Source: a virus
Lineage: Duplodnaviria; Caudoviricetes
Strand: one strand, 5' to 3'
Length of the DNA stretch: 43,102 nt
Virus record (IMG/VR): IMGVR_UViG_3300032335_000697
Span: 1 to 43,102 of that record
A program made the position numbers and the translations under genes. Positions 18,204-26,011 of the stretch are shown here, one piece after another; the stretch's first letter is position 1, and every line of letters begins with the position of its first letter. Under the pieces are notes generated by a model that had not been told where the DNA came from, searched no databases, and saw nothing but the letters and a program-made list of their open reading frames with translations.

Positions 18204-18338
18204 GGTGTTTTGATGCAAGTACGTGTAAATCCTAATCATGTGTTTAAACAAATAATCCGTGCCTGGCTGAAGCGCTGAATTTGCCTGGCTGTCTGGCTGC
18301 CAGTCGCTCGTTTAAACGGGCTAAGGTACTTAATGCCG

Positions 18339-18367
18339 AAAAAAACGGGGGAGTCGGATTCTCCCCC
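18339..18367 (-). terminator. Intrinsic terminator, minus strand
   Basis: GGGGGAG-aatccga-CTCCCCC-G followed by a T-run on the minus strand. Confidence 0.7.
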
Positions 18368-18437
18368 AAAGTTCACCTCACATGAACACCAATAATTTTC
18401 CTTAAAAGCCGTAGCAAAACAAGGAGAACGTTACTGT

Positions 18438-18467
18438 TTGACAAACATTTTTCATGTGGTGTAATAT
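18438..18467 (+). promoter_or_regulatory. Sigma70 promoter of the small RNA
   Basis: Perfect TTGACA at 18438; TGTAAT (16-nt spacer, TGn) or TAATAT (18-nt spacer). Confidence 0.7.
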
Positions 18468-18470
18468 ATC

Positions 18471-18546
18471 CCTGTGTTCATGGACTAAGCCCCCTATACA
18501 CAGACCAGTAGGTCGGAAAGCCACCCTTAAAAAGGTGGCTTTTTTT
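18471..18546 (+). ncRNA. Candidate trans-acting antisense sRNA (anti-RBS/anti-start codon)
   Basis: Bounded by promoter and terminator, no ORF. CTGTGT/ACACAG stem with loop TCATGGACTAAGCCCCCTAT, complementary to the recurrent AGGGGCTTA..ATGA initiation regions. Confidence 0.65.
18517..18546 (+). terminator. Intrinsic terminator, possibly bidirectional with rusA
   Basis: AAAGCCACC-loop-GGTGGCTTTTTTT. Confidence 0.85.
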
Positions 18547-18901
18547 ATGCTAGTGCGGATACTTCTATCTCACACCTAGGGTTCTCCTTATCCAACCCCC
18601 AGTAGATGTGTTTCTCTTTGACCTGTCGGTCGTTCTTATATGCCACTTCCTGTAGCAAATCCAGTATCAAACTTTCGTCTAAATCAGGTCTACGTGATGC
18701 GTACCAAATGCGAATGGTTACCGCCACGTCACATTCAAAAACTTCGCTTGGAGCGATAACGCATTGCTGTTTAAACGCTTTAGCATATGCCAATGCCTTT
18801 GCAGACTTGATAAACATTGGCTTTCCACGCACGTAGACCATTTTCCGTGAGTTAGCCTTACTTGCGGGTTCACCAAATATTTTTAAAAATAGTGTTTGCA
18901 T
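18545..18901 (-). CDS. rusA: RusA-family Holliday junction resolvase
   Basis: GEPASKAN, RPDLDE, NDRQV, PRCEIEV. Confidence 0.8.
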   Translation of the reverse strand: MQTLFLKIFGEPASKANSRKMVYVRGKPMFIKSAKALAYAKAFKQQCVIAPSEVFECDVAVTIRIWYASRRPDLDESLILDLLQEVAYKNDRQVKEKHIYWGLDKENPRCEIEVSALA

Positions 18902-18924
18902 TTATGAAATAGTTGTATTAGTAT
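18896..18924 (+). promoter_or_regulatory. Sigma70-like promoter of the recombination operon
   Basis: TTGCAT-17 nt-TAGTAT. Confidence 0.6.
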
Positions 18925-18944
18925 TTAGTCATAGGAGGGCTTAA

Positions 18945-19826
18945 ATGAAGATCACAAACAAATTCAATGTACCAGAAACATTAGTCGCACTCGCTACTAG
19001 AGACTACTATAGCAAGGGCAAGTCAGACTACTCAGTCACAGAAATCATCTCCCCGCCTCGCATACAGAGGCTCAGACGAAAGCATTTTGAAGAGATAGAG
19101 CAAGATGTATCCGATATGCTTTGGATGCTCCTAGGCACCGCTTTGCACGTTGTAGCCGAACGTTCTGAGGTGTCGGGTCATACCAATGAGGAACGTCTCT
19201 CTGCGGGCATCGATGGCATCATCCTGTCGGGAGCGATTGACCTCCAAAAGGACGAGGCAGATGGCATCACCATTACAGACTATAAGTTCACGTCCGCATG
19301 GGCATTAATGAACGACAAGCCTGAGTGGGAACAACAACAGAATATCTATAAGTACTTGGTCGAGCGGGTCAAGAAAAAGCCTGTCAAGGGTTTGAAGATC
19401 TGTGCCTTGATCCGAGATTGGTCTAGGCGGGATGCTCAAAACAAGCCTGACTATCCACAGGCACCTATCCAAATAGTTGACATACCAATGTGGACATTTG
19501 ATCGTACCGAGGCTTTTATCAAAGAACGAGTCGAGATGCACAGGGATTCCAAGGTCAGTGCCGATTGGGGCGAGGAATTGCCCCCTTGTACTGATGAGGA
19601 GCGTTGGGTTAGACCAACCACGTATGCGGTCAAAAAGGATGGTCGTAAGACTGCAATTCGTGTGTTTGATACACAAGACGAGGCAGATGCCTTGTTAAAA
19701 GAAATGCCTGAGAAAGACAAAGGCTTTATAGAGATCCGTAAGGGTGAGGCAGTACGTTGTACAGGAAACTTCTGCGGAGTATCGCAGTGGTGTAGTCAAT
19801 TTCAAAACCAAAAGGAGCAGTCATGA
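18945..19826 (+). CDS. PD-(D/E)XK exonuclease (RecB/Cas4-like)
   Basis: GTALH, SGAIDL, TDYK, QQNIY; C-terminal Cys cluster. Confidence 0.8.
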   Translation: MKITNKFNVPETLVALATRDYYSKGKSDYSVTEIISPPRIQRLRRKHFEEIEQDVSDMLWMLLGTALHVVAERSEVSGHTNEERLSAGIDGIILSGAIDLQKDEADGITITDYKFTSAWALMNDKPEWEQQQNIYKYLVERVKKKPVKGLKICALIRDWSRRDAQNKPDYPQAPIQIVDIPMWTFDRTEAFIKERVEMHRDSKVSADWGEELPPCTDEERWVRPTTYAVKKDGRKTAIRVFDTQDEADALLKEMPEKDKGFIEIRKGEAVRCTGNFCGVSQWCSQFQNQKEQS

Positions 19827-19966
19827 AAAAAGCAATTGCGTTAGTTTTTGTAGCATTTTTATCCACTGGTGTAATGGCACAGACCAAGTGTGTGCCTGAT
19901 GGTAAGGGCGGAATGTGTTGTTGGGATGTAGGCAGTCAAGGTCCGTTTAAACCAATTGGTTGTTAA
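19823..19966 (+). CDS. Small secreted Cys-rich peptide (47 aa)
   Basis: AAGGAG SD, ATGA overlap; signal peptide MKKAIALVFVAFLSTGVMA followed by a 28-aa peptide with 4 Cys. Confidence 0.65.
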   Translation: MKKAIALVFVAFLSTGVMAQTKCVPDGKGGMCCWDVGSQGPFKPIGC

Positions 19967-20187
19967 GAACAAATATGGTTAAGAAAAAACAACCCGCCTT
20001 AAAAAGTATCCCCCTAGTAACAGGGCAAGTAAGCGAAGAACTTGGCATCACTATTAGCAAAGAATTTATTATTCGGAAACTTAAAGTAAAACCTATGCTT
20101 ACCACTAAAACAAGTGCGTATTGGGATGACATCAGCCTAATAAAGGCTCGTTTAGGGGCTTACTTCACAAAAGCATCAAAACTTTAA
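19960..20187 (+). CDS. Basic hypothetical protein (start probably ATG at 19975)
   Basis: ORF track; fills the operon gap. Confidence 0.5.
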   Translation: MLRTNMVKKKQPALKSIPLVTGQVSEELGITISKEFIIRKLKVKPMLTTKTSAYWDDISLIKARLGAYFTKASKL

Positions 20188-20201
20188 AGAAAGGGGCTTA
20201 C

Positions 20202-20816
20202 TTGAAAGTCTGTAGAAAACTAGTCGAGGTTCGTAACGAACTTCAAACAATGCCACTAAGCAAATCAGGTCATAACAAATTTGCGGGATATAAATACTTT
20301 GAATTGGGTGACTTCTTGCCCGCCATTCAAGGTTTATTTAAAAAGCATGGCTTATGCGATGTGATCTCGTTTACACAAGACCTTGCAACGATGGTGGTGT
20401 ATGACATCGAAGATGGTAGCAGTGTAACGTTCACCTCACCTATGGGTTCTGCCCAGTTAAAGGGATGTCACGAAGTGCAAAACATTGGTGCGGTAGAGAC
20501 GTATCAGCGTAGGTATCTGTACGTCACTGCCTTAGCCATTGTTGAGCATGATGCATTGGATGCCGTAACAGGGTCGCAACCAGTAGAAAGCAAGCCTGTT
20601 GAAGTTAAGGCAAAGCCCCAAGAGCCTGAGCAAAGCCTAGATGCCCTCGCAGAAGTACTTATTACCTTTGGTGATACGTGCGAGAGCCTTAAGGAACTCA
20701 GCAGTTTTTGGAAGAAGAATCAATCAGGCATCGATCAGATGAAGATCAGCAATCCTGATTTGTTCAAACAAGTGCAGTCTGCGTTTGCACAGTACAAATC
20801 TAAATTTAAGGAGTAG
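20202..20816 (+). CDS. erf: ERF-family single-strand annealing protein
   Basis: KSGHNKFAGYKYFEL and GAVETYQRRY motifs. Confidence 0.85.
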   Translation: MKVCRKLVEVRNELQTMPLSKSGHNKFAGYKYFELGDFLPAIQGLFKKHGLCDVISFTQDLATMVVYDIEDGSSVTFTSPMGSAQLKGCHEVQNIGAVETYQRRYLYVTALAIVEHDALDAVTGSQPVESKPVEVKAKPQEPEQSLDALAEVLITFGDTCESLKELSSFWKKNQSGIDQMKISNPDLFKQVQSAFAQYKSKFKE

Positions 20817-20819
20817 ATT

Positions 20820-21101
20820 ATGGATTACAAAAAACCATACGAAGAAAAACCTAACACAGGTTCTTTCTTTGCCAACAAAACAAAGACCAATCCTAAAGCA
20901 CCCGACTATCGTGGAAAGATTTTGCTTGATCTAAGCACCTACGACATTGTCGATGGCAAGGTTGCCGTGGAGTTGGCGGGATGGAAAATGACTGCCAAGT
21001 CAGGTCTCAGTTACCTTCAATTAAAGGCACAAAAGCCAAGAGAAGAACAATCCAGTAAACCAGTAAAACAGGAGATTCAAGATGACGACATCGAATTCTA
21101 A
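20820..21101 (+). CDS. Putative ssDNA-binding protein
   Basis: K.PDYRG...AGW...YLQL core and acidic DDDIEF tail; follows erf. Confidence 0.6.
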   Translation: MDYKKPYEEKPNTGSFFANKTKTNPKAPDYRGKILLDLSTYDIVDGKVAVELAGWKMTAKSGLSYLQLKAQKPREEQSSKPVKQEIQDDDIEF

Positions 21102-21321
21102 AAAACGTGGCAGACCAGTTGGTTCTAAAAACAAAGCGAAGCGTGGCAGACCAGCTAAGACGTTTAAACAGTTTGATGTAGAGAGTCGAGCATTAGCCAA
21201 GATTGTTGAGTTGGAAAAGATTCGTGAAAACTTGCACAACATGATCGACAACCTTGAACATCAAGCAGTTCAGTACAAAGCAGTTATTAGTTATCTTGAA
21301 AACAAACTGGAGAACAGATGA
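21082..21321 (+). CDS. Double AT-hook plus coiled-coil DNA-binding protein
   Basis: KKRGRPVGSKNK and KRGRPAK. Confidence 0.7.
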   Translation: MTTSNSKKRGRPVGSKNKAKRGRPAKTFKQFDVESRALAKIVELEKIRENLHNMIDNLEHQAVQYKAVISYLENKLENR

Positions 21322-21731
21322 ACGCTCTTCAGTTTGAGGCAGTGAAAGTTGCTCTTAAACAAGATCGCACTGGGTTTGTTTTAACACTTAGTATCCATCC
21401 TGACGAAGCCCCCGAAGAGTTATTGCGGGACTTTGTTGGGGCTAGATATGGTGTCGCAATGGTGCGTATCCAAGATAACGAGACCGCAACGCATTATGAC
21501 AATCGATTAAAAAAATCGGGGATGTTAGGTCGCAGTACAAAATTCCATTTGTGGTTAAAAAAAGCAAATGGTTTAGCAATTGATGGGGAGGCTGATGCAG
21601 TAGAGGCAATCCATCAAATCTGTGGCATTCAATCCCGAACTGAACTCAATGGCAACAAAGATGCCCAAAAATTATTTGATGAAATGGTAGAAGATTATGA
21701 GCGATGGATTGAAGAAGACGAGCCGTTTTAA
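21318..21731 (+). CDS. Hypothetical protein (137 aa)
   Basis: ORF track; ATGA coupling. Confidence 0.75.
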   Translation: MNALQFEAVKVALKQDRTGFVLTLSIHPDEAPEELLRDFVGARYGVAMVRIQDNETATHYDNRLKKSGMLGRSTKFHLWLKKANGLAIDGEADAVEAIHQICGIQSRTELNGNKDAQKLFDEMVEDYERWIEEDEPF

Positions 21732-22017
21732 AACTGTTGTCCCGCTAATGGTTTATCTTGATCCCAAAGAGCGTGAGAGTGTAAAGGTTTTCTCTAAAAA
21801 AGAAAACATGAGCGTTAGCCAACTATCAAGGGAGGCATTTCAGATGCGAATGTCTGATTCAAGCGATTTATTTAACTCAGGATTCAATGCGGGTCTAAAC
21901 GAGGCAATGAAGATTGTTAACAATTGCCAAGGTGCAACCATGATGTTCCCATCAGGCAAGTCGTTCGCAAGAGTGGTTTGTGATGACATTGAAAAATTCC
22001 TAAGAGATAAAAAATGA
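21697..22017 (+). CDS. Putative ribbon-helix-helix DNA-binding protein
   Basis: LMVYLDPKERESVKVFSKKENMSVSQLSREA pattern. Confidence 0.55.
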   Translation: MSDGLKKTSRFKTVVPLMVYLDPKERESVKVFSKKENMSVSQLSREAFQMRMSDSSDLFNSGFNAGLNEAMKIVNNCQGATMMFPSGKSFARVVCDDIEKFLRDKK

Positions 22018-22208
22018 CCAATCAAGATAGGGAGTATCTGCGTGATTTGCTTGCGGGATTTGCTCTGACTGGACTATTAATGCGTGGCAATAATAAGCTA
22101 GAAGAGTTAGCGGTTGGTGCTTACTCTTTGGCTGACGATATGCTTGAGGCACGTAAACCACGTGAAGAAGGCATTGTTGCCATTAAAAGAAGAGTCAAAC
22201 CAAAATGA
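22014..22208 (+). CDS. Conserved small phage protein
   Basis: LRDLLAGFALTGL...AYSLADDMLEAR. Confidence 0.7.
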   Translation: MTNQDREYLRDLLAGFALTGLLMRGNNKLEELAVGAYSLADDMLEARKPREEGIVAIKRRVKPK

Positions 22209-23281
22209 ATCAAATTCAATTTGGCGACTGCCGAACTATCATGGATCAGTGGATCTCTGAAGGGGTGAAGGTACAGACTTGTGTCACCTCTCCCCCCTAC
22301 TTTGGTCTACGAGACTATGGTACGTCTACATGGCTTGGAGGAGATGCCAATTGCCAACACGAAGGTGTGCCAATTGGTAATAACCGAAACTTTATTAATG
22401 AAGGCGGTAGGCTTGGGAACAACAAGGCTCTGTCTCATGGTAACTGTGTAAAGTGCGGTGCGGTTAGACAGGATAGCCAAATAGGATTGGAGAAAACAGT
22501 TGGCGACTACGTGGCGGCTATCGTTGGGGTGTTTAAACGGGTTAAGGATTTGCTGTCGGATGACGGGACGCTGTGGCTAAATCTTGGGGATAGTTACTAC
22601 AATTACCGAGGCGGAAAGGGGCAGTCATTGGTTAAACAAACTGTCTCCAATAACCTCCAAGACTTACCGCAAGTCTGTGCTAGGCGGGGAAACAAGCAAG
22701 AAGGTCTAAAGGAAAAAGACCTCATAGGCATCCCTTGGCGGGTCGCCTTTGCCCTACAGGAGGATGGTTGGTATCTACGTCAGGACATCATTTGGCACAA
22801 GCCTAATCCCATGCCTGAGTCTGTCAAAGATCGATGCACGAAGAGCCACGAATACATCTTTTTGCTAACCAAGAACCCCAAATATTACTTTGATAACGAG
22901 GCAATCAAAGAGCCTGTTAAGGAAGATTGGGGTACTAGGGACAGGACAGATGGCAAGTACCATAACGAAGGTACAGGACTTAGCCCCCACTCAGGGCTAG
23001 AGAAGTCATACGAAATGGCTAACAAGCGGTCTGTATGGACTGTTACCACCAAGCCTTTTCATGGCGCACACTTTGCCACTTTCCCAATGGATTTGATTGA
23101 GCCTTGCATCCTTGCGGGTAGTCGCCCCAGAGATATTGTGTTTGATCCGTTCATGGGTTCTGGAACCAGCGCTGCCGTAGCTCAACGTTTAAACAGGCAA
23201 TACTTGGGCTGCGAGCTGAATACGGAGTACAAGAAGTTACAAGATGCACGTCTGTCGCAACAGTCACTGGAGTTGTTATGA
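22205..23281 (+). CDS. Beta-class amino DNA methyltransferase (SPPY, probably N4-C)
   Basis: VTSPPY motif IV before DPFMGSGT motif I; HFATFP. Confidence 0.9.
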   Translation: MNQIQFGDCRTIMDQWISEGVKVQTCVTSPPYFGLRDYGTSTWLGGDANCQHEGVPIGNNRNFINEGGRLGNNKALSHGNCVKCGAVRQDSQIGLEKTVGDYVAAIVGVFKRVKDLLSDDGTLWLNLGDSYYNYRGGKGQSLVKQTVSNNLQDLPQVCARRGNKQEGLKEKDLIGIPWRVAFALQEDGWYLRQDIIWHKPNPMPESVKDRCTKSHEYIFLLTKNPKYYFDNEAIKEPVKEDWGTRDRTDGKYHNEGTGLSPHSGLEKSYEMANKRSVWTVTTKPFHGAHFATFPMDLIEPCILAGSRPRDIVFDPFMGSGTSAAVAQRLNRQYLGCELNTEYKKLQDARLSQQSLELL

Positions 23282-23730
23282 CATTTCAAGAAGATCTAGA
23301 ACGTGGTTTTGAAGTTGAGTATGCAGTGCTTGAGATCATCCGTAAGAAGTACCCATCAGCAAGCCTGATCAATGCCTATAAAGGCTACGACATATGGGTT
23401 CCTGAGTTGCACAAGTCGGTCGAAGTTAAGTACGATCCTATGAGCAACGAAACTGGAAACATTGTCATAGAGATAGAAATGAATGGGAAGTTATCAGCCC
23501 TAAGCACCACCACCGCAGATTATTGGGTATTCCATGATGACCACGTATTTATCATTATGAAGCCAATGAGCATCGTTAATTGCATTTTTCAAAACAAGTT
23601 GCAATACGTAGAATTTGTTGGCGATGGAGACCGTGCCAGCAAAAAAGCATTTTTAGTTCCAAAGGAGTTATTGTTTAAACATGGTAAAAGATTAGGAGAA
23701 GCTGATGCTAAAAACAACACCAATACGTAA
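23278..23730 (+). CDS. PD-(D/E)XK nuclease-fold protein
   Basis: YDIWV...VEVKYD...TGNIVIE. Confidence 0.65.
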   Translation: MTFQEDLERGFEVEYAVLEIIRKKYPSASLINAYKGYDIWVPELHKSVEVKYDPMSNETGNIVIEIEMNGKLSALSTTTADYWVFHDDHVFIIMKPMSIVNCIFQNKLQYVEFVGDGDRASKKAFLVPKELLFKHGKRLGEADAKNNTNT

Positions 23731-24055
23731 GTCTATGGATGGGATGGTAGCCATGACTAATAGTTGCTTTCCTGTTGGACCGAAGAGTTCCACAAAAAAA
23801 GCGTGGATTGCCGACAGGGAACTTTACCTTGGTCACATTGGCGATATAGAAAGAATAGTAACCCCAGTTTATATATCCACCGATATGCATAAAATCACGT
23901 ACCTTATGGATGCCATAACAGGCACTCTGTATCGCCAAAAAGATGGTAAATGCATGACATCTGACAGGTTAGTTTTGAATAAGTATGAGAAGGCAGAAGA
24001 CCTTGACAAGCGTTTAATGAAAACTAAGAGTGAACATTTTGCGGAGAGTGAATAA
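23705..24055 (+). CDS. Hypothetical protein (116 aa)
   Basis: AGGAG SD; MDAITGTLY motif. Confidence 0.65.
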   Translation: MLKTTPIRKSMDGMVAMTNSCFPVGPKSSTKKAWIADRELYLGHIGDIERIVTPVYISTDMHKITYLMDAITGTLYRQKDGKCMTSDRLVLNKYEKAEDLDKRLMKTKSEHFAESE

Positions 24056-24276
24056 TGAAAACAACCCCATACAACAATGGCAAGATAAAGATTGGCAATG
24101 AAGTTTATTTAAACAAGCTAGTAAACCCGCCATATGTAGAGCGTGACGATGATATGTTGGAGTTGCAAAGCTACCTTATCCAAGATCCACGCATTCTTAA
24201 TAAAGAGTATTGGTTTAAACGACTTTACATTGCATTTCTTCTATTTGTTTTGACTGTACTCTTAATGGCAAATTAA
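24055..24276 (+). CDS. Hypothetical protein with C-terminal TM helix
   Basis: ORF track. Confidence 0.65.
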   Translation: MKTTPYNNGKIKIGNEVYLNKLVNPPYVERDDDMLELQSYLIQDPRILNKEYWFKRLYIAFLLFVLTVLLMAN

Positions 24277-24277
24277 T

Positions 24278-24451
24278 ATGATTGTCACGATACTAAATAT
24301 AATTGCACTGTTTTTGGCTACCTTTGCGGTGCTGATATTTGTGGCAGTATTTAGCTTTTTCCTTTTCATTATGTATGCCTGTATACACATTGGTTGGAGA
24401 GAGATTAAAGGGATGCCGTTGTCTGAGTTATGGGAGAAGATTCAGAAATGA
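24278..24451 (+). CDS. Small membrane protein (57 aa)
   Basis: Translated by hand; hydrophobic N-terminal half; ATGA coupling. Confidence 0.55.
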   Translation: MIVTILNIIALFLATFAVLIFVAVFSFFLFIMYACIHIGWREIKGMPLSELWEKIQK

Positions 24452-24678
24452 ACAATGAACCAGTAGCGTGGATGAAGACACTACCTGATGGAACAATCTA
24501 TGGATTTGGGCAAACAAAAACTAACGATGAGTTTGATATTCCACTCTACACCCATCCAGCAAAGACACTAACAGATGAGGAAATAAAAGACTTTATCGCA
24601 ACATTCCCTATTATATTTACACCTGATGATTTAGTTATTTTTGCTAGAGCAATACTAAGAAAGGCACAAGAGAAATGA
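24448..24678 (+). CDS. Hypothetical protein (EPVAW...PLYTHP...LRKAQEK type)
   Basis: In frame with track ORF 24430; start at the ATGA overlap. Confidence 0.7.
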   Translation: MNNEPVAWMKTLPDGTIYGFGQTKTNDEFDIPLYTHPAKTLTDEEIKDFIATFPIIFTPDDLVIFARAILRKAQEK

Positions 24679-24833
24679 GAAAGGTGAGCATACGAACAGT
24701 TGAAAATACTATTGGGCTGGCACGTAGTGTTGCTAATGGAACAACCAAATTTCCTTTTATGGGCTATTGCGCAGACCTGATGGAAAAGATGCTAGAAGAG
24801 ATTAAACAGGCAAGAAAGGCACAAAAGAAATGA
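24675..24833 (+). CDS. Small hypothetical protein (52 aa) ending RKAQKK
   Basis: Translated by hand; lies between junction repeats. Confidence 0.6.
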   Translation: MRKVSIRTVENTIGLARSVANGTTKFPFMGYCADLMEKMLEEIKQARKAQKK

Positions 24834-25012
24834 CAGCGTTTAAAGAGTTTCCTGTTGGCACTTTTGTCATGCGGTTTTATAAGACCGACCATGTGTGGAC
24901 TTGCACAGTCACAGAAGATATGTTGGATGAAGTAATCAAGATAGCCAAGCCGTTATCAGAAGAATACATTGAATCGGAATGGGCTAGATTAAGAAAGGCA
25001 CAAGAGAAATGA
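24830..25012 (+). CDS. Small hypothetical protein (60 aa) ending LRKAQEK
   Basis: ORF track; lies between junction repeats. Confidence 0.65.
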   Translation: MTAFKEFPVGTFVMRFYKTDHVWTCTVTEDMLDEVIKIAKPLSEEYIESEWARLRKAQEK

Positions 25013-25644
25013 CATTTCTTGTAGCCAATATACCCCCCGTCAAGTGCTTTGTGCGTAAAGAGTTTCTCTACAACCACGAGAAGGGTCATGGGGAACTTGA
25101 GCCATGTGTATGGATGACTGCTAAGGCAATCAAGGGTCAAGCGTTTCGTATCGAGTCAATGCTGACCAACTACGGGGCGTTGTACGACAAGCTACCAATC
25201 CATGCCTATGTATGGAAAGAAGTAGCCGAGCCGTTGCCGTTAGACCACCTACAAATATGGGACTGCCTGTCTTACGACATGGCGGTGATTGAGAAGTCAA
25301 ACTTACGGGGTCTGAAGGTTAAGTTCTTTGGCAAGGATAAACAGTTTCACTTTGGTAATTACCTGTTTACTATTGATTTTGCAAGCCCTGACACTAACCG
25401 CTTAGATACCAGTTTTAGCGAGGGGGTCGAGGAGCATAAATCGTATAACTTTATTAAGCTAGATAACGGACAGTTTGCCTGCCAGCCCAATAACCGATGC
25501 CTTTGGTACGATGTATCACTAGTACCTGCTGTCTTAAAAACTCCTGACTTCCGCATACCCACCGAGGTATATAGCGTTGAGAATCACGCTAAGTGGAGTG
25601 CTAAGGACGAATGGTTTTATAACTTTGAGGAGATTAAAACATGA
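25009..25644 (+). CDS. Conserved phage protein of unknown function (211 aa)
   Basis: ORF track; LQIWDC, YLFTID, EHK...LDNGQFACQPNNR motifs. Confidence 0.75.
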   Translation: MTFLVANIPPVKCFVRKEFLYNHEKGHGELEPCVWMTAKAIKGQAFRIESMLTNYGALYDKLPIHAYVWKEVAEPLPLDHLQIWDCLSYDMAVIEKSNLRGLKVKFFGKDKQFHFGNYLFTIDFASPDTNRLDTSFSEGVEEHKSYNFIKLDNGQFACQPNNRCLWYDVSLVPAVLKTPDFRIPTEVYSVENHAKWSAKDEWFYNFEEIKT

Positions 25645-25913
25645 CCACTTTTACGACTGAAGATAGAGAGAACTCATCACCCCCACACATTGTAAATAGT
25701 GGTGCTAGTCATCAAACCTTGGGCGAGTTTATTGCCCATAAGAAGATGGTCAATGAATTACTTGAAGAGATTGACGTTCAAAAGAAAGTTATTCAGTCTT
25801 TGAGCGAAACAGGGCAGAGACTATATGACGAGAACCGACATCTAAAAGAATCCCTTAGAAGCATCAGCAACCAACTGACCAACATGATGGAGCTTTGGGA
25901 GTTTAAACGGTGA
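25641..25913 (+). CDS. Coiled-coil hypothetical protein
   Basis: GAGGAG SD; MTTFTTEDR start. Confidence 0.65.
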   Translation: MTTFTTEDRENSSPPHIVNSGASHQTLGEFIAHKKMVNELLEEIDVQKKVIQSLSETGQRLYDENRHLKESLRSISNQLTNMMELWEFKR

Positions 25914-26011
25914 TTACATTTTTCCTTATACTTTTTGCTGGCATTGGTCTAATGCTTTGTATTTTTCTTTTTGTTGTTTTTTTACTTATTTATCTTGGAG
26001 ATCGTAAATGA
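25910..26011 (+). CDS. Small membrane peptide (33 aa)
   Basis: GTGA and ATGA overlaps on both sides; fully hydrophobic. Confidence 0.45.
   Translation: MITFFLILFAGIGLMLCIFLFVVFLLIYLGDRK

Larger units (their letters stand above)
24657..25012 (+). repeat. Three 22-bp gene-junction direct repeats AAGAAAGGCACAARAGAAATGA
   Basis: 24657-24678, 24812-24833, 24991-25012. Confidence 0.9.

Noticed and set aside
18945-19826. Cas4-like nuclease as evidence of CRISPR-Cas
   Set aside because: No repeat-spacer array or other cas genes; its context with erf and SSB indicates a recombination exonuclease.
24657-25012. 22-bp repeats as a CRISPR array
   Set aside because: The spacers are 133-157 bp coding sequences and the repeats are gene junctions.
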